Source: Thiolinea sp.
Lineage (GTDB): Bacteria; Pseudomonadota; Gammaproteobacteria; Thiotrichales; Thiotrichaceae
DNA: 24,000 nucleotides
NCBI GenBank assembly: GCA_049292455.1
Contig: JBATRF010000014.1
Span: 112,318 to 136,317 of the forward strand
Direction: 5' to 3'
Made by a program: the position numbers and the translations under genes. Below, one piece after another: positions 18,091 to 24,000 of the stretch (positions are counted from its first letter, which is position 1; each line of letters starts with the position of its first letter). The notes under the pieces are model-generated. The model was not told the origin of the DNA and did no database searches. It was given only the letters and a program-made list of their open reading frames with translations.

Positions 18091-18114
18091 AAATTTATCT
18101 ACAGGACTTATTAC

Positions 18115-19290
18115 ATGCAATTCAAATTTCTCAATTTAACCGCGCTAGCACTCGCTAGTAGCCTTAGTTTTAATGTGCAAGCGGCTGAAACCGATTGGGC
18201 AAAGATCGAACAGACTGCTAAAGGCCAAACGGTCTATTTCAATGCTTGGGGTGGCGGTGAAAATATCAATAACTATCTTGAATGGGCGGCTGAACAAGCC
18301 AAGCAACGTTATGACATTACGGTGAAGCATGTGAAAATCACCGATGCCGCTGAAGTGGTCAAACGCATTCAAACCGAGCAACAAGCAGGGCGCACGACCG
18401 ATGGCTCCGTCGACTTAATTTGGGTCAATGGTGAAAATTTTAGCGCCCTTAAGCGTGGGAAATTATTGTACGGGCCGTGGGCAGAGCAATTACCCAATTG
18501 GGTTAATGTCGATACTAAGAAGCCTGTTCAGCAAGATTTCTCAGAGAGCACCGATGGCTTAGAAGCACCGTGGGGAACTGCACAGCTCACCTTTATTGCT
18601 GATCGTAGTAAAGTCGCTAGCGCTCCTGATTCAGCCACTGCTTTATTAGAGTTTGCCAAGCAAAATCCAGGACGCGTCACTTATCCCAAACCACCTAGCT
18701 TTCATGGCACTACTTTTCTCAAACAATTACTGCTAGAGCTAAGCGCTGAGCCTAGCGCTTTAACTAAACCTGTCGATCCTGCTCAATTTGAGACGATCAC
18801 TAAGCCACTTTGGGAGTACCTTGATCAACTGCATACCGTCGCTTGGCAACAAGGCAAAAGTTTCCCCGCTAGCGATTCAGAAATGCATCAAAAATTAGCA
18901 GATGGTGAATTATTGATTTCCCTCACTTTCAATCCTAATGAAGCAGCCAGCCTGATTGAAAAAGGCAGTTTACCGAAAACCGCTTATAGCTTTGGCTTCA
19001 AGCAAGGCACGATTGGCAATGTGCACTTTGTAGCGATTCCCTTCAATACCAAAGCGAAAGAAGGCGCACAAGTCTTTGCTAATTTTTTACTTTCCCCTGA
19101 AGCACAAGCCCGTAAAGCCGATGTGAAAGTTTGGGGTGATCCGAGTGTGTTGCTGGCTGATAAGTTACCAACTGCGAACAAAGAGGCCGCCGCCAGCACG
19201 CTACCTGCTGACATACCCACCTTAGCCGAGCCGCATGCGAGTTGGGTGGAAGCTTTGGAAAAAGCATGGTTGCAGCGCTACGGCAGCTAG
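18115..19290 (+). CDS. ynjB: ABC transporter periplasmic substrate-binding protein, YnjB-like
   Basis: 391 aa with the signal peptide MQFKFLNLTALALASSLSFNVQA/AE. AGGA lies 8 nt upstream of the ATG. The size, the gene order (binding protein, double-length permease, ATPase, CDP-alcohol transferase) and the YnjF homologue downstream match the E. coli ynjBCD...ynjF cluster as I remember it. Confidence 0.65.
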   Translation: MQFKFLNLTALALASSLSFNVQAAETDWAKIEQTAKGQTVYFNAWGGGENINNYLEWAAEQAKQRYDITVKHVKITDAAEVVKRIQTEQQAGRTTDGSVDLIWVNGENFSALKRGKLLYGPWAEQLPNWVNVDTKKPVQQDFSESTDGLEAPWGTAQLTFIADRSKVASAPDSATALLEFAKQNPGRVTYPKPPSFHGTTFLKQLLLELSAEPSALTKPVDPAQFETITKPLWEYLDQLHTVAWQQGKSFPASDSEMHQKLADGELLISLTFNPNEAASLIEKGSLPKTAYSFGFKQGTIGNVHFVAIPFNTKAKEGAQVFANFLLSPEAQARKADVKVWGDPSVLLADKLPTANKEAAASTLPADIPTLAEPHASWVEALEKAWLQRYGS

Positions 19291-20948
19291 GCTTGCAGAA
19301 GCTGACGGCAAATAACTTGGCTAAACGTGCTCCCCATAATCCAGTCGATTGGATGTTATGGGGAGTCGCTTGGTTAGGCGTGCTAGCTATTTTGGGGTTG
19401 CCATTGCTGGGGTTAATCCCAGCCCTTAGTGAGGGTTTGAGTGCAAACAATGGGCACTTGCTTTGGGCTGACTCACAAACCTTACCTGCCTTAAAACTCA
19501 CCCTATTTTCAGCAGGTATTTCGACTGCTTGGTCTTTGTTCTTAGCCTGTTCGCTGGTGTTTTTATTTTACCCCTCGCGAACTTGGCAGCGTATACAGCG
19601 ACAATTACCTCTTTTTTTAGCCATGCCCCATGCGGCTTTTGCGATTGGTTTGGTCTTCTTGTTAGCGCCCTCTGGCTGGCTAGTACGTTTAATCACGCCC
19701 TTATTTACTTGGACAGCACCACCGCATTGGATCACCACGCAAGATCCTTATGCCTTGAGTTTGACGCTTGCCTTAGTTCTAAAAGAAACTTGGTTTCTAC
19801 TCTGGGTGCTCACTAGCCTGCTTAATCAAGACTGGCTGCTCAAACAAAGTCTAGTCGCGCAGAGTTTGGGCTATGGTCGCTGGCAAATAGGCTGGCAAAT
19901 TCTATTTCCGCAGTTATTAAGGCGCTTAGCGTGGCCGTTACTCGCAGTGTTTGCTTATGGTTTGTCGGTGGTGGATATGGCGCTAATTATAGGTCCATCG
20001 ACTCCGCCGACTTTGGCCGTGCTCGCTTGGCAATGGTTTACCGATCCTGATCCAACTCAGCAATTAAAAGCGCAGAGCTTAGCTTTGCTGCTGATTGGCT
20101 TATTGCTGGTGGGTGTAGCCTTGGGCTATTTAGCTTATTGGCTATTCAATAAAATGCTTGCGACACCGACCGGCAGACGTAATAAGCTGCGTACTTATTC
20201 TGTGTTTAAACTAGCGCTCAGCAGCCTACTCAGTTTGCCTATTTGGCTAGCTTTGTTTTTATTACTGCTATGGTCAGTAGCAGGTTCATGGTTTTTTCCG
20301 CAGATTTTTCCTGCTAACTTCAGTTTAAATGCTTGGCAGCAAGCTGATTTAGTGCCGTTTGGCACTACTATTTTCATTGCTAGTTGCTGTGTTTTCATCG
20401 CCCTACCCTTAACTCTGCTTTGGTTAGAATGGGGGAACAAGCAGCAAGCTTGGTTATATATTCCCTTAATTATTCCTGCTTTACCTTTTACTGCTGCACA
20501 GTATCAAATCGCTTTAGTATTAGATTTCGACGGGAATTTGGCTGCCGTGATTTGGAGCCATTTAGCTTGGGTCTTGCCCTATATGCTGCTGACGCTCGCA
20601 GGAGCTTATCGGAATTTTGACGAGCGCTTTGTGCTCACGGCAAAAACCTTAGCTTATAAGCATTGGCAAGCCTGCCTTTATATTAAATGGCCGATGCTGA
20701 TTCGCCCGATCTTAGGGGCTTGTGCCGTAGGTTTTGCGGTGAGCGTAGCGCAGTATTTGCCCACTTTATTTATTGGCGGCGGGCGGATTGAAACAGTTAC
20801 TACTGAAGCAGTCAGTTTAAGCGCAGGCGGCAATCGCTCAAATTTAGCCGTGCAAGCGGTGCTGCAAGCCTTATTGCCCCTAATCGCTTTTGTCTTCGCC
20901 GCTAGTGTGAGCCAGTGGTTGGGACGTAAACACCAAGGATTAAAATAA
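19266..20948 (+). CDS. ynjC: ABC transporter permease, fused double-domain type, YnjC-like
   Basis: Polytopic ORF of ~12 TM and ~530-560 aa. The start is uncertain. Candidates are ATG 19266 (overlaps ynjB by 25 nt), TTG 19293 (2 nt after the ynjB stop) and ATG 19353. The stop overlaps the ynjD ATG (TAATG). Confidence 0.7.
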   Translation: MVAALRQLGLQKLTANNLAKRAPHNPVDWMLWGVAWLGVLAILGLPLLGLIPALSEGLSANNGHLLWADSQTLPALKLTLFSAGISTAWSLFLACSLVFLFYPSRTWQRIQRQLPLFLAMPHAAFAIGLVFLLAPSGWLVRLITPLFTWTAPPHWITTQDPYALSLTLALVLKETWFLLWVLTSLLNQDWLLKQSLVAQSLGYGRWQIGWQILFPQLLRRLAWPLLAVFAYGLSVVDMALIIGPSTPPTLAVLAWQWFTDPDPTQQLKAQSLALLLIGLLLVGVALGYLAYWLFNKMLATPTGRRNKLRTYSVFKLALSSLLSLPIWLALFLLLLWSVAGSWFFPQIFPANFSLNAWQQADLVPFGTTIFIASCCVFIALPLTLLWLEWGNKQQAWLYIPLIIPALPFTAAQYQIALVLDFDGNLAAVIWSHLAWVLPYMLLTLAGAYRNFDERFVLTAKTLAYKHWQACLYIKWPMLIRPILGACAVGFAVSVAQYLPTLFIGGGRIETVTTEAVSLSAGGNRSNLAVQAVLQALLPLIAFVFAASVSQWLGRKHQGLK

Positions 20949-21589
20949 TGCTCAGCATTCACAATCTCAGCATTCAACAACAGGCACATTATTTAATTCG
21001 TGACTTAAACCTGCAGGTTAATGCCGGTGAAGTCCTAACCCTGATGGGCGCTTCCGGCGTAGGCAAATCAACGCTGCTCAGCTGGTTGATTGGTGCTTTA
21101 CCAACAGCTTTTGTGGCGAGTGGTCAGGCTTATTTAAACCAGCAGCAAATTGATCAACTCCCTACCGAGCAGCGCCGAGTGGGTATTTTATTTCAAGATG
21201 ATTTGTTATTTCCGCATTTGAGCGTGGGGGGCAATTTAGGCTTTGCCCTGCCTGCCAAGATCAAAGGAGCTGAGCGCAAAATGCAAATTGAAGCGGCTTT
21301 AGCTCAAGCCGGTTTAACAGGCTTTTACCAACGCGACCCTAGCAGTTTATCGGGTGGGCAACGCGCTCGTGTGAGTGTATTACGCGCCCTGCTCGCTCAG
21401 CCTCAAGCTTTGTTATTAGATGAACCCTTTGCACGCTTAGATACCGAATTACGGCAGCAATTTCGCCAGTTCGTCTTTACGCAAATTACTGAACTTAACA
21501 TTCCAGCTATTTTAGTTACGCATGATCAGGCTGATAGCCCTGAGGGTGGACATATCATTCGGTTAGAGGAGCAGCGCTATGTTAGATAG
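20948..21589 (+). CDS. ynjD: ABC transporter ATP-binding protein, YnjD-like
   Basis: 213 aa with Walker A GASGVGKST, ABC signature LSGGQRARV, Walker B LLLDEPF and H-loop VTHD. Confidence 0.85.
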   Translation: MLSIHNLSIQQQAHYLIRDLNLQVNAGEVLTLMGASGVGKSTLLSWLIGALPTAFVASGQAYLNQQQIDQLPTEQRRVGILFQDDLLFPHLSVGGNLGFALPAKIKGAERKMQIEAALAQAGLTGFYQRDPSSLSGGQRARVSVLRALLAQPQALLLDEPFARLDTELRQQFRQFVFTQITELNIPAILVTHDQADSPEGGHIIRLEEQRYVR

Positions 21590-22187
21590 CCTAGTGTTGA
21601 AACATAGCAAACAGCAACAAATTCAACTGGCTCAGCGAGTCATCCAATGGGGCTTCAATGCCAATCAAGTCACTGTTATTGGCTTCTTGATCGGCATCAG
21701 TGCTTTACCCTTATTAGCCTTTGAGCATTATTGGCTGGCCTTGCTAGCTATTTTATTGAACCGCCTGTTAGATGGTTTGGATGGCACGATTGCCCGCTTG
21801 ACGCAAACCTCTGATCGCGGTGGCTTTTTGGATATTGTGCTAGATTTTTTATTCTATTCAGCCATTCCTTTGGGTTTTGCACTGGCAAATCCTACAGAAA
21901 ATGCCTTAGCAGCAGCAGTATTAATCTATAGTTTTATAGGTACGGGTAGTAGTTTTTTAGCCTTTGCGATTTTTGCAGCTAAGCGCCAAATAAGTAGCTC
22001 AGTTTATCCCCATAAAAGCTTCTACTATCTAGGCGGTTTAACAGAAGCTACTGAAACTATTCTAGTATTTACCTTGATGTGCTTAATCCCAGCTTGGTTT
22101 AGTGAGCTTGCTTATTTATTCGCTTCTTTATGCTTTATTAGCACAGCTTTAAGAATTTATACCGGCTGGATAAACTTTCGCGACTGA
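21579..22187 (+). CDS. ynjF: CDP-alcohol phosphatidyltransferase family membrane protein, YnjF-like
   Basis: 202 aa and polytopic. It has the motif DGLDGTIAR-x7-GGFLDIVLD (D-G-x2-A-R...G-x3-D-x3-D). Blocks such as LLNRLLDGLDG, FIGTGSSFLAFA and HKSFYYLGGLTE resemble E. coli YnjF as I recall it. GAGGAG lies 7 nt upstream of the ATG, and the gene overlaps ynjD by 11 nt. Confidence 0.75.
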   Translation: MLDSLVLKHSKQQQIQLAQRVIQWGFNANQVTVIGFLIGISALPLLAFEHYWLALLAILLNRLLDGLDGTIARLTQTSDRGGFLDIVLDFLFYSAIPLGFALANPTENALAAAVLIYSFIGTGSSFLAFAIFAAKRQISSSVYPHKSFYYLGGLTEATETILVFTLMCLIPAWFSELAYLFASLCFISTALRIYTGWINFRD

Positions 22188-22208
22188 TTGAGTCTAAATA
22201 CCAACCCC

Positions 22209-22230
22209 AATAGGCTTAGGCTTATTTTCT
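22209..22230 (+). terminator. Weak candidate terminator after ynjF (AATAGGC-TTAG-GCTTATT followed by TTCT)
   Basis: A 7-bp AT-rich stem with one G:U pair and a 4-nt loop, followed by a short T-rich tail. This is the only hairpin-like element seen after the six-gene unit. Confidence 0.25.
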
Positions 22231-22258
22231 GATAATTATTGCGAGCGAGGTGCTGAAA

Positions 22259-23383
22259 ATGCTTAAGCCTTTATTGACTATTTCTGTGTTGGCTTTCACC
22301 ACACAAGCGGCCTTAGTACAAGCGGATCAAGTCATTGAATTGCCCGTGGAATCAACACGCGCCGAGGTAACTCTTGATTATGCTAATGCCCGGTCGGTGC
22401 AACCTAAACTGACAGGCGCTCTGGATTTGGATCTGAATGCTAACTCAGCAGTGCGAGCAGCCGGTCAAGCAGGCTTTACTCAAGGAGGTGTTGGTAGTGG
22501 CCAGACATCTCCTGTGCAACTGTTAGATAGCGCTACGAGTGAGTCTTTAGCCCAACAGGCAGTTGCAGATAGCCGCGCTTATGGGACTGCAGGTCTGCCC
22601 TTCACGACTTCGCGGGTAGACATGGGTGGGCTGCAACTTTCAAAAGTGGATTATTTCCGGCGTGCAGGGCGCTTATTTTTTAAAGTGGGCGCTGACACTG
22701 GCGTTTGTTCGGCTTCTCTGATCAAGCCGGGCGTAGTAGTCACGGCTGCACATTGTGTTGCTGAGTTTGGCAGCAATACAGGTTATACCAATTTCCAATA
22801 CATACCTGCTTACTATAAAGGCCAAGCCCCTTACGGAGTTTGGACTGCAGCCAAAGTTTATGTCATGGATAGTTATGTGAATGGCAGTGCCAGTTGCGCG
22901 CAACCTGGTATTGTTTGCACCAATGATATTGCGGTGATCAAATTAGCGCCTAAAGCGGGTAAATACGCAGGGCAGCAGACGGGCTGGTTTGGTTATGCTT
23001 GGAATGGCTTTGGGTTTGTGGAAGGCAAAACACAAATAACTCAATTAGGCTATCCCAGTTCGCATGATGGTGGTGAGCTGATGCAGCGCACGGATGCGGG
23101 TGGACAAGTCTTCGCGGACGTATCCAATAATACCGTGATTGGTTCACGCCAAACAGGTGGCTCAAGTGGTGGCCCTTGGTTAGTCAATTTCGGTGAAGCC
23201 GCCAAACTTCAAGGTACTACTCTGGGTATCGATGGAAAAATGAATATAGTCGTGGGCACAACCAGCTGGGGGCCGAATGATAGTGCCTTAAAATTTATGG
23301 GAGCTAGCCCTTTTACCAGCACAAATATAGTACCCTTGATGAAAGCAGCCTGCCCTGCTGCCAATACGGCAGGCTGCAAGTAG
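22259..23383 (+). CDS. Secreted trypsin-like (S1 family) serine protease with a long N-terminal pro-region
   Basis: The ATG at 22259 has GAGG 8 nt upstream; the ORF track begins 9 nt earlier at a GTG. The signal peptide is MLKPLLTISVLAFTTQAALVQA/DQ. The triad context is VVTAAHCV (His), NDIAVIKL (Asp) and TGGSSGGPW (Ser). About 130 residues precede the catalytic domain. Confidence 0.8.
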   Translation: MLKPLLTISVLAFTTQAALVQADQVIELPVESTRAEVTLDYANARSVQPKLTGALDLDLNANSAVRAAGQAGFTQGGVGSGQTSPVQLLDSATSESLAQQAVADSRAYGTAGLPFTTSRVDMGGLQLSKVDYFRRAGRLFFKVGADTGVCSASLIKPGVVVTAAHCVAEFGSNTGYTNFQYIPAYYKGQAPYGVWTAAKVYVMDSYVNGSASCAQPGIVCTNDIAVIKLAPKAGKYAGQQTGWFGYAWNGFGFVEGKTQITQLGYPSSHDGGELMQRTDAGGQVFADVSNNTVIGSRQTGGSSGGPWLVNFGEAAKLQGTTLGIDGKMNIVVGTTSWGPNDSALKFMGASPFTSTNIVPLMKAACPAANTAGCK

Positions 23384-23410
23384 CTGAGTATCATCAACTG
23401 AGTAAAACAT

Positions 23411-24000
23411 TTGCCTTCGATTCTATTAAAAAATGCCACCCTGCTCGCTACTTTTGACGATGCAGGGACTGAGCTAGCGGACGCTGGTATTTATATTGAA
23501 GACCATCTAATTAAACAGGTCGGCGCTAGCAAAGATTTACCGGCTAGCGCTGATCAAGTGTTTGACTTGCGTGATCATCTGATTCTGCCTGGTCTGGTGA
23601 ATACCCACCATCATTTGTACCAAACTCTCACGCGGGTCGTTGCACAAGATGCTGATTTATTCACTTGGCTCAAAACACTCTATCCGATTTGGGCAAAGCT
23701 CACCGATGAAGGTGTGTACATCAGCACTTTAACGGGTTTAGCCGAGTTAATGCTGTCTGGCTGCACCACGAGCAGTGATCATCTGTATATTTATCCGAAT
23801 GACTGCACACTGGATAGCCAGATTCGCGCTGCGCAAGAAATAGGAATACGCTTTCATGCTGCACGCGGTTCGATGTCTTTAGGTGCAAGCAAGGGCGGTT
23901 TGCCGCCGGATCGGGTGACCGAAAATGAAGCGGCCATTCTGAAGGATTCACAGCGCTTAATTGAAACTTATCATGATGCGAGTGAGCACAGCATGCTGCG
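23411..24000 (+). CDS. Amidohydrolase-superfamily deaminase, 8-oxoguanine deaminase-like, N-terminal ~196 codons (runs off the right edge)
   Basis: It is absent from the ORF track because it stays open to the window end. Hand translation gives ...LLKNATLLATFDDAGTELADAGIYIEDHLIKQVG...LILPGLVNTHHHLYQTLTR...FTWLKTLYPIWAKL...ELMLSGCTTSSDH...ARGSMSLG. This closely follows the 8-oxoguanine deaminase/SsnA-type pattern. The frame opens after a TGA at 23399-23401, and TTG 23411 is the only plausible start, which makes the start uncertain. Confidence 0.7.
   Translation, partial: MPSILLKNATLLATFDDAGTELADAGIYIEDHLIKQVGASKDLPASADQVFDLRDHLILPGLVNTHHHLYQTLTRVVAQDADLFTWLKTLYPIWAKLTDEGVYISTLTGLAELMLSGCTTSSDHLYIYPNDCTLDSQIRAAQEIGIRFHAARGSMSLGASKGGLPPDRVTENEAAILKDSQRLIETYHDASEHSML

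Noticed and set aside
18091-18114. A possible riboswitch or leader (for example TPP) upstream of the ynjB-like gene.
   Set aside because: The gap is only 24 nt and holds just an RBS, which is too short for any known riboswitch.
19079-19501. A 140-aa minus-strand ORF spanning the ynjB/ynjC junction, together with other antisense track ORFs in 15414-20989.
   Set aside because: They are antisense to well-supported transporter and reductase genes. Their translations are Cys/Pro/Ser-rich nonsense-like sequences with no RBS.
23384-23404. Direct repeat CTGAGTA ... CTGAGTA just after the protease stop.
   Set aside because: Two 7-mers 14 nt apart are within chance expectation. There is no associated hairpin or known motif.
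1-24000. A window-wide scan for CRISPR arrays, tRNA/rRNA genes, IS elements, integrases, toxin-antitoxin pairs and known defence-system signatures.
   Set aside because: No periodic repeat-spacer structure, no tRNA-like T-loop/acceptor pattern in the intergenic gaps and no transposase, recombinase or nuclease-like ORFs were seen. All sizeable ORFs are accounted for by the features listed.

Overview
This window looks like ordinary chromosome from a Gammaproteobacteria-like organism. That taxon guess rests only on how the proteins look. It is densely coding, and I saw no rRNA, tRNA, CRISPR array, transposase, integrase or phage genes. All family calls come from reading motifs by eye, because no BLAST or HMM search could be run.

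Layout, left to right:
1. 1-5787 (-): the first seven genes of the NADH:quinone oxidoreductase operon, nuoA-G. nuoC and nuoD are separate genes, and nuoG runs off the left edge.
2. 5803-6131: a 329-bp non-coding gap with two perfect inverted repeats.
3. 6132-9537 (-): a small 4-TM protein translationally coupled to a 2-TM pore/double-RCK channel, followed 38 nt later by an SbmA/BacA-type peptide importer.
4. 9677-10423 (+): rsmE. Its 3' end overlaps a convergent gene by 21 bp.
5. 10403-13953 (-): hemL, then a periplasmic trypsin-fold protease with an unassigned C-terminal domain, then an FHA-domain polytopic membrane protein. The last two genes overlap by 13 nt.
6. 14061-14714 (-): a secreted DUF3047-like protein, divergent from the next unit.
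7. 14819-22187 (+): six tightly packed genes. They encode an NDH-2-like flavoprotein, a DedA/TVP38-flavoprotein disulfide reductase fusion, a YnjB/YnjC/YnjD-type ABC importer and a YnjF-type CDP-alcohol phosphatidyltransferase.
8. 22259-23383 (+): a second secreted S1 protease.
9. 23411-24000 (+): the 5' part of an 8-oxoguanine-deaminase-like amidohydrolase.

The best candidates for uncharacterised biology are the reductase/DedA/ABC/phosphatidyltransferase unit, which may scavenge or remodel a lipid head group with a redox component, and the protease + FHA membrane protein pair, which may be a regulated-proteolysis signalling module. Both functional ideas are inferences from domain content and gene packing, not demonstrated functions.
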